Of a DNA stretch of 64,000 bases, positions 1 to 11,631 are shown one piece after another. Below the pieces are notes generated by a model, which was not told where the DNA came from, searched no databases, and saw only the letters and a program-made list of their open reading frames with translations. The DNA lies in the NCBI RefSeq assembly GCF_006345805.1, contig NC_043012.1, forward strand, positions 5,208,001-5,272,000. Reading direction: 5' to 3'. How positions within the stretch are numbered: the stretch's first letter is position 1; every line of letters starts with the position of its first letter. Source of the stretch: Octopus sinensis (lineage: Eukaryota). A program made the position numbers and the translations under genes.

Positions 1-303
1 ACAAGCAAGAAGTTAAGAGCAGACAGAAAGACAGATAGACAGGTATATATTCTTCAAAAGGAATTATGGAAGAAGTACACGAAATATAATTGTATAGGCG
101 TAAAATATAATCACTTTTATTGTGGTGTTGCCTTATAACGTTATATACATGCGTACATAAACACACACACATACTCACCCTCAGATACTTATATACCCCA
201 CACATATAAATTTATCTATATATGCATTTTATCAAACACTGATGTGCATGCGTGCGTAAATACATGTGCATGTGTGAGTATATTATGTGTGTATAATATA
301 TAT

Positions 304-349
<46 letters not shown>

Positions 350-922
350 CATCTATACACGCATGTATATATGAATCATGTAAAACATATGCTACAATAT
401 ATGCCTTATACAAACGTATATTTATGTGAGCGTAAAGTATTTGTGCATGCATGCGAAAACATCCGCACAGTCAATACACATATATACACAAACGCACACA
501 CATACACACCTAGGTATAACTTATTACATAATTGTATATGTTATTCTGCGTATAGCACATCGGATACATTTATGTGTATCTGATAGCTTCACTACAGCAA
601 TGATAAAATAGTTTGTATCGATTTTTTTCCCTAGGATATATCACTGCTGTATATGTTTACTTCTGTATGTGTTACTATATATCAAAGCTTAATTTCTTTT
701 GAGTGCGTGTATGAGATGAAGAAAGTGTAGTTGTTATTACATATACGCCTACCCCTACACGGAATACCGAACACCTGTTCGTTTTTAATTAAGAGCGTGT
801 TAATGTAAATAATAGACTGCGGTGAGAACGATGGCAGAGGTAATTGAATAAATACCTTTTTTTTTTTTCATTTCTTTTCCGTATAACAAATGACATCAGT
901 ATAAATATATATGAGCACAAGT

Positions 923-1638
923 GAAGATGCGTGGCTTAGTGGTTAGGGCATTCGGCGTAAGGTCGTGAGTTCAATTCCCGGCGATGCGATGTGTCCTTGA
1001 GCAAGACACTTTATTTCATTTTGCTCCAGTCACCTCAGCAGGAAAAGGGCCAGCCTTGTCACACTGAATCGCCCTCAGAACTAAGCTTCTTATTTCTTTA
1101 CAGCCCACAAGGGGCTAAACATAGAGCGGCACAAACAAGGACAGACAAACAGATTAAGTCCATTACATCGACCCTAGTGCGTAACTGGTACTATATTTAC
1201 CGACCCCGAAAGGATGAAAGGCAAAGTTGACCTCGGCGGAATTTGAAATCAGAACGTGACGGTAGACGAAATACCTATTTCTTTACTACCCACAAGGAGC
1301 TAAACACAGAGGTGACAAACAAGGACAGACACACGGGTTAAGTCGATTAGATCGACCCCCGTGCATGACTGGTACTTATTTAATCGACCCCGAAGGATGA
1401 AAGGCAAAGTCGACCTCGGCAGAATTTGAACTCAGAACGTAGCGGCAGACGAAATACGGCTACGCGTTTCGCCCGGCGTGCTAACGTTTCTGCCAGCTCG
1501 CTGCCTTTCCCTCAGAACTAAATTAAGTATACACATGTCTGTGGCGTGCTCAGCCACTTGCACGTTAATTTCACGAGAAAGCTGTTCCGTTGATAGTATT
1601 AACTGGGACCCTCGACGTCGTAACCGACGGAGTGCTCC
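923..1638 (+). mobile_element. tRNA-derived SINE, interrupted by a nested SINE
   Basis: A-box TGGCTTAGTGG and B-box GAGTTCAATTCC, then a CORE-like TGTGTCCTTGAGCAAGACACTT. The 3' part (1522-1638) matches the tail of the SINE at 52052-52447. Split by an insertion flanked by CCCTCAGAACTAA (1072-1084 and 1509-1521). Confidence 0.8.
1085..1508 (-). mobile_element. SINE family B, partial dimer, with 13-bp TSD
   Basis: Minus strand reads GGCAGCGAGCTGGCAGAAACGTTAG...GAGTTCAAATTC...CTTTGCCTTTCATCCTT.CGGGGTCGAT (Meta/MESC-like domain), and the body occurs twice. TSD CCCTCAGAACTAA. Confidence 0.85.
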
Positions 1639-1837
1639 TATGCTCACAACAGTCTTACTCAAACAGACAGATATAACGCAATAATTACATTCAAACACAA
1701 ACGTAAGTTTAGAGACACACACATTTATCTGTGTAGAGGATATCCCTGCGTGGGTGTTGCTAGAAATAGCAACCAAACCCCTGTCACTTTAATCACTTAC
1801 TTTTCTAATGAAATGGAACCAACAGGATATTTTAATA

Positions 1838-2253
1838 CCTCTTTTACTTGTTTCAGTCATTTGATTGTGACCATGCTGGAGCACCGCCTTTAGTCGAGCA
1901 AATCGACTCCAGGACTTATTCTTTGTAAGCCTAGTACTTATTCTATCAGTCTGTTTTGCCGAACCGCTAAGTTACGGGGACGTAAACACACCAGCATCGG
2001 TTGTCAAGCGATCTTGGGGAGGACAAACACAGATACGATACACAAACATATACACACATGTACAAACATATATATATATATACATATATACGACGGGCTT
2101 CTTTCAGTTTCCGCATACCAAATCCACTCAGAAGGCTTTGGTGGGCCCGAGGCTATAGTAGAAGACACTTACCCAAGGTGCCACGCAGTGGGACTGAACC
2201 CGGAACTATGTGGTTGGTAAGCAAGCTACTTACCACACAGCCACTCCTACGCC
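1838..2253 (-). mobile_element. SINE family A (CORE-like), full length
   Basis: Head GGCGTAGGAGTGGCTGTGTGGTAAG...GGTTCAGTCCC, CORE-like GGCACCTTGGGTAAGTGTCTT, internal microsatellite and GTAAAAGAG tail. Near-identical copies elsewhere in the window. Confidence 0.88.
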
Positions 2254-2267
2254 TATACCGATATTTT

Positions 2268-2472
2268 AAATTTGGGCTCAAGGCCAGCCATTTCGGGGGA
2301 AGGGGAAGTCGGCTGCATTCATCCTCAGTACGCAGCTGGTACATATTTGATCGACCTCGAAGGAAGGAAAAGCAAAGTCGACCACAGCTGAGTTTGAACT
2401 CAGAGCGTAAAGAGGGACGAAATGCCGCCGAGCATCTTGCCCAGCGTACTATCGACTCTGCCAGCTCACCGG
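2268..2472 (-). mobile_element. SINE family B variant, diverged
   Basis: Similar to the family B head and central domain, with an alternative tail. Confidence 0.7.
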
Positions 2473-2722
2473 CTGAGGATATTTTTATATTAAAGACTAG
2501 CAATTCTGACCAAAAGAATACTATGAATAGAGCTTGGCTGGAACGCCTTTTGATCAGAAATCTGCTGGATCAAGGACTGCTTGAAGTTTATAAGAACAGC
2601 AACAACAATTACACAAATAGAAACACGTAGTTTTGAGATATTTGAACCACCTAAGGTGGGTCGGAATAGTTCAGCTAGAAGTAGCAGTTAAACCACCCTC
2701 ACCTTCTATCCAAAATATCCAA

Positions 2723-3080
2723 AGCGCAGGCATGGCTGTGTAAGTGCAGGCATGGCTTTGACTTTAAAAGCGCATAACTTTCCAACGATGTAGTTTCGGG
2801 TTCAGTTCCAATGAGAGGTACCTTGCGCAAGTGCCTTCAACTATAGACCCTAATTTGGCCAATGCCTAGTATATAGAAATGTGTATGTATATGTATATCT
2901 GTGTATGACCGTGTTTGTCTCCTTGATCAACATGATAGCGGATGTTAGCTGCTTTACGTCCACCATAAGAAAAACGATAGAATAAGTACCAGACATAAGA
3001 GCTGGAGTCGAACAATCCGACTAAAACCCTTCAAACCGGTGCCCCAGCATGACCACAAATCAATGACAGAAACAAGTAAG
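2723..3080 (+). mobile_element. SINE family A, old diverged copy
   Basis: GCGCAGGCATGGCTGTG...GGTTCAGTTCC...ACCTTGCGCAAGTG...CCAGCATGACCACA...GAAACAAGTAA. Confidence 0.7.
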
Positions 3081-3449
3081 CGATAGATGATAAAAAAACT
3101 GCCCATGGGTAGGACGCGTTGATCGAGACTAGAATAATGTCATTGATCATAGTTCTGCCTGATAACATATGACCTGGACTAAGCAAGGTGAAAAATATCT
3201 GTTATTTCGAACGGAAAAAAACGCCTCATGTTGGACTCACTGTTTTTATTAAACATGTTGCGACATAGAGTTAACCATTTAAGGTCTTTATTTTAAGCAA
3301 CCCATGACGTAATTGTGTGTGTGGTGTGTGTGTGTGTGTGCGTGTGTGTGTGTATGTGTGTGTGCATGTGTATATGCCTGTGGTATGTATTCCGTGCATT
3401 TTTATGTATATATTTCAAAAATATTCTGTGTATATCATGTGTTTGTATA

Positions 3450-3503
<54 letters not shown>

Positions 3504-3543
3504 GTACTTGGAGAATAAGAACGGAACGAAACGAACGAATCGA

Positions 3544-3586
<43 letters not shown>

Positions 3587-3749
3587 TATATATATATCAC
3601 ATAGATATATGCTTGTATTCAGAGTCACAAACGTACACACACAAACAGCATAATATAACCAAAAGCTTTGATACACAAGACGAGAACCGTTCTCAATATA
3701 ATAATTCTGTATAGATGCACATGCACTGTGTATGAATGCATTAATACAT

Positions 3750-3786
<37 letters not shown>

Positions 3787-3866
3787 AGGCGGTGCTCCAG
3801 CATGGCCGCAGTCAAATGACTGAAACAAGTAAAAGAGTAAAAGAGTAAAAGAGTATATATATATAA

Positions 3867-3901
<35 letters not shown>

Positions 3902-4037
3902 CATATATATATATATATATATAATATAATATTATAATTATATTATATTATATTATATTATATTATATATATTCCAAAATATAACAACATGTGGATTCTT
4001 GGCGATTTTTTTCCTCCATCTTCCAGTCTTCTCGTTT

Positions 4038-4066
4038 CTGAAGAAGAGCTTTGCTCGAAACGTAAG
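4038..4066 (+). ncRNA. Minimal hammerhead ribozyme motif (Penelope-like terminal repeat remnant, about 3975-4170)
   Basis: CTGAAGA-A-GAGC-TTT-GCTC-GAAA-CGTA: intact core, 4-bp stem II, palindromic ACGT in place of stem III. Stem I is weak. Confidence 0.6.
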
Positions 4067-4271
4067 CCACACACTCTTTCTTTCCTTCCATAAGCAACTT
4101 ATTAATACTTTGCATGCACCACGTACTCGCGTTGTTTTGTTTCTTGTCTTTTTTCTAATTTTTTAAAATTGTATATATATTTGTATGTGTAACGTAACAG
4201 TTTAGAAAAACCATTAGTGTTATATGTAGCATGAACTAGACATCTCCATATATTAATGCTTTGGGGTGGGG

Positions 4272-4826
4272 CTGTAATCGCCTATATTATTGATTCTGTT
4301 ATTATCATGTTTTAAATTGTTACACTAGATAATTATAGAGTCAATGATATCTTCACAAATATTTTTTCGTGAATTATTTGCTCCTTATTGAAATTATTTT
4401 CACACCGGTGGCTGCCGGGATTCGGCGCAAAACGTATTAGTTGCTGCGAGGATTCAACGCGACATGTTGGGGCTCCCCATCATGGTAACACGTGCTGAGG
4501 GAGGTGAGGCTATTATGCCACGTGAGTCTAAATATTTGAATGTATGCTGAGAAATTGTCTTGGCCTGTTTGCCTTCGGACGGTTGATTTCTGTAGTTATC
4601 AGTGTATTTTGGCGATTTAAAAAAGAGTTTTGACTGTTATTTCCAGCAGGTAGACATACTTAGCATGTCCTTTGATTTATTTTAATCTTTCAGCTATTTA
4701 ATACCTTTTTTAGGCCTGCAATCGCCTATGTTATTGATTCTGCTATTATCATTTTTGAATTGTTACACTAGATAATAATAGAGTCAATAATGTCTTCACA
4801 AATATCTTCTCGTCAATTATCTGCTC
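4272..4826. repeat. Imperfect ~112-bp direct repeats (4272-4383 and 4716-4826)
   Basis: CTG(T/C)AATCGCCTAT...TGTTACACTAGATAA...CTTCACAAATAT...AATTAT(T/C)TGCTC occurs twice with ~444-bp period. Confidence 0.8.
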
Positions 4827-4839
4827 TGTATATATATGT

Positions 4840-4893
<54 letters not shown>

Positions 4894-5437
4894 GTATATA
4901 TACACATACACACACACAAATATATATAGGGTTGTCCAAAAGTCTCCTGGCAGTAAATTAAAACCATTTAATTCCAAGATTAAAACAAAAAATTATTTTA
5001 CATGAAAGTTCGCTAATAAATAGACAAATGTTGAAAAAAAAAAATTAATCTTAACTCACTGCCTTCAATAATTGGAATGAATAAATAAAATTGAATATTA
5101 AGTATTTATAGAATTTTGATTTACTGTCGGGTTATCTTTAGCCTGCTCTGTATGTATGTATGTATGTATGTATGTATGTATGTATGTATGTATGTATGTA
5201 TGTATGTATGTATGTATGTACGTATGTATGCATGTATGTATACATATATAAATATATATTTGAACGGTTGAATATTTCCTTTTTGGTTTTAAATTACGGC
5301 TAGCCACCTTAATCATTTTATAATTCAGCTATATGTGTATCTGTGTATATATGTATATATATATATAGACTTTCTCTCCTTTTTTTCTCTCCATTTTTTC
5401 TCTCCTTGTTTCTCTCCTTGTTTTTTCTGTGGTGTCC

Positions 5438-5473
5438 CTTTCTGTAGAAGAGCGTAGGCTCGAAACGTAAAAG
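5438..5473 (+). ncRNA. Minimal hammerhead motif, A6U core variant (Penelope-like remnant, about 5368-5562)
   Basis: CTTT-CTGTAGA-A-GAGC-GTAG-GCTC-GAAA-CGTA-AAAG: stem I CTTT/AAAG and stem II GAGC/GCTC. Confidence 0.6.
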
Positions 5474-6326
5474 ACTTTCTATTCCTGAGCGTTATACTAA
5501 TACATCTGCTTGTTTTGTACACCACCTGTCTTCGTCTTTTGTTTTTTGCGTAAACTCTCTCTATATATGCATAGATGCGTCTGTGAAGTTAACATATTTA
5601 GAAATTATCACATAGAATCAGTGTTGTACCTCCTTGTATGCTTATGAGGGCCAGACTATGGTGTTGCACGCCTTTATCAAAACAGGAAACTTCCTCGAGA
5701 CAAACAACGAAACGGTTGCCTTCTACAAAATTTCATTGGTCAATACTAGGCCGTTATAGATGACATTTGCTCACAGTACTACGCTGTTGTGATTGAGCGC
5801 ATTTTCACTATGCATTACCTACTTTTCCCAGCAACCACTCTATTCTTTTTACTGCACTTACTAAGCTATTAAAAAAAGTACATCTGACTTCCGCTTGTGA
5901 ATTTCACAGTGCTGCATTGCCAATTGGATAATGGGTTGGGAAGGAAGACCAATCAGAATTGATCAGATATCGCCGAGAAATGCTATGCCCTAAGTTGAGA
6001 GTTAATATATTGTTCCAATTTCTCCTGAAATAGTTTCCATATGTCATGTCCAAACCAATTCATCATTGTTTTATTGTCCGCTATTTTATATGGATAATCG
6101 ATGATCGTAAATTTATGTCTTCTTTAGTATAAATGTTCTTTTATAACTTAAATAATACATTGTGAAGGCAACAAGACTAAACTAGAACACATGGGGTCCC
6201 GAGTGATTTTGATCCGAGCAAGTGAGGTAGCCTTTACGTAGTTACTTCACCCCCTAGAAACAGCAACAAAATATTAGTAACGTATACGCTAGGAATTTGG
6301 TAAACACATGTATGCATGAGTGTAGT

Positions 6327-6358
<32 letters not shown>

Positions 6359-6389
6359 ATTTATTTATTTATTTATATATTTATTTATT

Positions 6390-6477
<88 letters not shown>

Positions 6478-6705
6478 TATGCTGTTCTGTGATAGTAAGA
6501 TCAACAAGGAAAGTACTCTATTTGATGGGGGATAAATGTTATTTAATAAACACAATATATATCTATATATATTGGTTTCATGAGCCGCAAGCTTGCCGGA
6601 CGAGTTAAAAAGTACTGTCCGACAAGCAGCTCTCAGCACATGAAACTAATAATATTACATAAGACATACATTGTGTTTATTAAATGACATATATATATAT
6701 ATATA

Positions 6706-7982
6706 TTGGGTTGTCCGGAAAGTTCGTGCTGATTTATAGTATTTTAACTTTCGACATATTTTAGAACATGGTTGAGTCCATAAAATAGGATTTGACTGTA
6801 CCTCCATTTAGAGCACAGTTTAAGCTATCTTTTCGTGGAAGAAGGTTTATGTTCCTATAATCTGTGTTAATTCTGTAACACTTTAAAATGGAAGATAAGA
6901 AAGTTCATTTTCGGCACTTGATGCTTTTCTTTTTCCGTAAAGAGGAAAATGCCGCACAAACAACGAAAGAAATATGCGCAGTTTATGGTGATGTTTCTTT
7001 ATCCGAAAGAACTGTACGGAAGTAGTTCGTAAGGTTCCGAGCTGGAGATTGTAGCCTTATTGATAAAGAGCGACTAGGCAGACCGTCCACAACAGATGAT
7101 GACCAAATCAAGTCATTAATTGAGAATAACCCACATTGCACAACCCGAGAATTGGCAGGAAGCCTCAACCTATCAAAAACCCGTCGTTCATGAGCACCTG
7201 GTAAAGATTGGGTACACAAATCGCTACGATGTTTGGGTACCACACGAATTGAGTGAGAAGAACCTTTTGGATCGCATTTCCATCTGTGATTCGCTTTATA
7301 AACGGAAAGAAAACGCGCCTTTTTAAAAGTAAACTGTGATAGGTAATGCCAAGTGTATCATCTACCGAAATGTTCAGAGAAAATGATCCTGGAGTAAGTG
7401 ACATGAGCCACCTTAAGCCACCCCAAAAGCGGGTCTTCACACAAAAAAAGTCATGCTTTGTACCTGGTGGAATTAGAAAGGAATTCTGTACTATGAGCTT
7501 CTCCCAAGTGACCAGACGATTAATTCTGAGAAATACTACACACAACTGGACGAGTTAAAAGCAGAAATTCAAGAGAAACGTCCAGAATTGTCCAACAGAA
7601 AAGGTGTTGTTTTCCATCATGATAATGCAAGACCGCACGTTTCTTTGGGAATCAGACAAAATTTGCTGCAGCTCGGCTGGGATGTGTTACCACACCCTTC
7701 ATATTCACCAGATATTACTCCTTAGGATTTCCACTTATTCAGGTCTCTGCAGAATAGTCTTAATGGTAAAAATTTCAATTACTTGGATGATGTAAAAAGA
7801 TACCTTGATGAATTCTTTGCTATGACACCACCTCAATTCTGGGAAGAGGGTATTTTCAAGTTGAAGGAAAGATGGAGACGCATTGTGCAACAAAATGGTG
7901 CATATTTGATTGAATGTAATGGCAAGCATTTATTGACCTTTTTTTCCTTTAATAATCGGCACGAACTTTCCGGAGAAGCCAT
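6706..7982 (+). mobile_element. Full-length mariner transposon (mellifera-like), inactive
   Basis: TIRs TTGGGTTGTCCGGAAAGTTCGTGCTGATT and AATCGGCACGAACTTTCCGGAGAAGCCAT, flanked by TA, 1277 bp. Confidence 0.93.
6888..7915 (+). pseudogene. Mariner transposase pseudogene
   Basis: MEDKKVHFRHLMLFFFRK..., WVPHEL, FHHDNARPH, YSPDITP*DFHLF. Contains stops and frameshifts. Confidence 0.93.
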
Positions 7983-8229
7983 TATATATATTATATATAT
8001 AATATATATATATTATATATATAAAAATTAGTAAAAGATAAATTTTCAGATACTTGTCTTAAACATTCAAACAAGAAAATTCATAATTCAGAAGTATGAC
8101 CATGAGATATTATTCGATACAAATAACAACATATTTATATTAAGACATAGATGATAAAAATATAGAAAAATAAGAATATGTTAATATATATCACACACAC
8201 CACACACACACATATATATATATATATAG

Positions 8230-8270
<41 letters not shown>

Positions 8271-8275
<5 letters not shown>

Positions 8276-8879
8276 AATCAAGGAACGGCCATAATAGGCC
8301 ATTCACCCACTAGAATAACAGCCAAAAAGCTTCAACCGCAAAATAACATTAATTCCGTAAACCAGGAGAAAATTAAAAAAACATTTACCCTGAATTCCTT
8401 ATACGATGCACCGTTTCGTCTACTGTTTAATGGTAAACTAACCTGATTAAATTAAATCAAGCCAATCCACCATAGGCCCTTAGATCATCAGTAAGGAATA
8501 GCCAAATCGGAACAGATATTTTTCACGAGGCATTCCCGCCATGCCTCGCTAATATCTGACCTAAAATTTTCAAATCGTCGCACTCGCGCCAAATTTATCG
8601 GCAGCAAATAAATATAAGCCGCCGATTCCATTACGGAACCAACCAGAAAATTCATAATTAATCAATATAGGGAGGCAAAAAAATTTTGTAGAATTCTTTT
8701 GCCCCCAGCGGCCTAGTGGGAAAAAATTAAATAGTCATAAACCATTTTTAAGTTCAATATCACAATCAAGGAACGGCCATAATAGGCCATTCACCCACTA
8801 GAAATAACAGCCAAAAAGCTTCAACCGCAAAATAACATAATTCCGTAAACCAGGAGAAAATTAAAAAAACATTTACCCT
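8271..8879 (-). mobile_element. Retrozyme-like non-coding element (488-bp monomer plus 121-bp terminal redundancy)
   Basis: 8271-8391 matches 8759-8879 except two 1-nt indels. Internal hammerhead, several hairpins, both flanks are (TA)n, no ORF. Confidence 0.75.
8394..8499 (-). ncRNA. Type I hammerhead ribozyme with extended stem II
   Basis: Minus strand: ATTCCTTA-CTGATGA-[TCTA...19-bp hairpin...TAGA-C]-GAAA-CGGTGCATC-GTA-TAAGGAAT. Perfect 8-bp stem I, near-palindromic stem III, GUA cleavage site. Confidence 0.82.
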
Positions 8880-9354
8880 TATATATATATATATATCTTG
8901 CTGTGCTGCTTACTATTGATTGTCAAAACAATAATGATATCCGTTTAGCAAGTGGTGATGGGAATACATATTTGCTATGCTTGGTTGTAGAAATTACAAT
9001 CATATTGGTTGTTTGTTTTCATTGCTAATGTTAGTAAGCTTAGATAGTGCTTAGATATTAGTGTCTAGTTTTGGGCGGTTCTGTAATATATATGTATGTA
9101 TGTATGTATGTATTATGTATGTATATATATATATATGTGTGTGTGTATGTATGTATGTAAGTATATATATATATATATACGTTTAAATATTTGTTGTGCA
9201 AGATTTTTTATGTGAAGTCGTGTGTTGAAACAGATATTGTTATATTTCGGAATGGTCATTTTGCCAGTTTAGCCAATAAAAACACACGCACTATATATTT
9301 GGTGCTATTTTGCTTCAGTGTTATTTATTTTTTGCATTAATCTTAATCCTATTT

Positions 9355-9400
9355 CGGCCAGAGTTCTTTCGTCACACTCCTGTGACCGCATCAGTGGTCG
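9355..9400 (-). ncRNA. Type I hammerhead-like motif (CUGAUGC core variant) in a repeat spanning about 9180-9730
   Basis: Minus strand: CGACCA-CTGATGC-G-GTCAC-AGGAGT-GTGAC-GAAA-GAA-CTC-TGGCCG. Stem I 5/6 paired, stem II 5/5. Confidence 0.62.
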
Positions 9401-9735
9401 TTTGTTTTCTTCTTTCTTATTTGTGTCTCTCCTTACTAACCGTCAGCCATTTTGTATTTCTATTGTATGTCTTCATTTGCGCATGCTTATATCTCTATGT
9501 GCGTCTATGTTTATTTAGTGTGTGTATGTGGGGTGATGCCTGTAATATTTGTATCTTCTGTCTATATATGTTCATGTAATTTGTATTTTGTTTTTGTTGT
9601 TGTTTTGTTTTTGTTTATTCTTATTTTGTTCATGTGTTTACATCCACTTATTATTATCATTACATATGCTTGTAAGTTTGTATGTATGTATAACAACAAT
9701 ACTAGTAATAATAATAATAAATCGAATCGAAAAAA

Positions 9736-9778
<43 letters not shown>

Positions 9779-10841
9779 AATATATATATATATATATAGA
9801 TATATATATATCTTAAAACAACGACACTGTGTATAACGCCGACCGAGACACCTTGTCTGAAAAGTAAGTTGGTTGGGGTTGGGTTGGGGGTCATAAACAG
9901 CCCTTTTGTTCGTAGGCTTTTCTGTATCGAAATAACAATAAAATTTCCCTCAAATTATATCCGAACATTTTAAGCTAGCTTAGACAATATCTGACAGGTT
10001 AGACAATATCTGACGAGATTGTCATAGCTGGAACGCTTTTGATCATAGATCTTTCTGATCGAAATAGCTACTGAATCGCCCTCAAATTATATGCTACAAT
10101 CTTAAAATGCGCACACATTATATAATGCCAACCTAACACTCTGAAAATCAAGACGAAATTACCACGGTAGGAACACCTTTGATCAAAGGTCTTCAGAATC
10201 AGCACTAAGCAGAGCTAAACAGCAACTACTGTGTTAGGCGATAAAGCGTAAACTACTGCTGTTACAAACAACGCCATTAAACTACGTTAGATCGAAACGT
10301 GATTCCTAGTATTAAGCCGCAAAGGCTGCTTCAATTTAAACACTTCTTTCTCAACACTAACTAACCGCTGGGAGTTATAGAGATCTTTTCCGAAAAGTAA
10401 AATAATTAAAGCTGGCATTTAGCTAAAAGGATTTCATTATAAATTTCGCTGAAATCAACTGAAATCAGCGCCTTTTGATCATCGGAGAACTTGTGCGTTA
10501 TTTTTTTTTTTGTTTCTTTTTCTGAGATTTTGGTGAATTTCGCGTTCAATGCTTTGAAAGAGAAATATGGGCGTCGCTCAAAGAACATGTGTGATTTGTT
10601 CGATTGTAGGCGACTATAAGCTGTATTTATAATTTAAAAATAATAAAACCCTTGGTGAACGCGGCTTTGAAACTAGATTTCGAAGAAAAGCCTGTGTGTA
10701 CAAACATAAAAAACACATATAAAAATGTGTACATATATATATCTTTATATAACCATATACATATGCATGAGTATATATTCCTGTCTATCTATTGATCTAT
10801 CTACCTATCTATCTATCTATCTATCTATAATATATATTATA

Positions 10842-10873
<32 letters not shown>

Positions 10874-10908
10874 ATACATATATTGACTGATTGAGAGACA
10901 GACAGACT

Positions 10909-10998
<90 letters not shown>

Positions 10999-11046
10999 GT
11001 AGATAGATAGATAGATATGCATATCTGTATATGTGTATATATATAT

Positions 11047-11241
11047 ACTCTTTTCAATGTTTCAGTCATTTGACTGCGGTCAAGCTAGAGCACCGCCTTT
11101 AGTCGAAGAAATCGACCCCAGAATTTATTCATTGTAATCCCAGTATTTACTCCATCGATCTCTTTTGTCGAACATCGGTTGTCAAGTGATGGTGGGGGAA
11201 CAAAAACAGACACAAAGGCACACACACATAATTATATATAC

Positions 11242-11283
<42 letters not shown>

Positions 11284-11439
11284 ACGGGCTTCTTTTAGTT
11301 TCTGTCTACCAAATCCACTCACAAGGCTTTAGCCGTCCCGAGTCTATAGTAGAAGACGCTTGCCCAAAGTACCACGCAGTGGAACTGAACCTGGAAACAC
11401 ATGATTGGGAAGAAAGCTTCTTACCACACAGCCACTCCT
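11047..11439 (-). mobile_element. SINE family A with internal deletion
   Basis: Matches 1838-2253. Confidence 0.85.
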
Positions 11440-11448
11440 GGTATATAC

Positions 11449-11576
<128 letters not shown>

Positions 11577-11591
11577 GTACATTTATATTTG

Positions 11592-11629
<38 letters not shown>

Positions 11630-11631
11630 GG

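Noticed and set aside
4927-5150. Possible Tc1-type MITE
   Set aside because: The putative TIRs are too degenerate to call with confidence.
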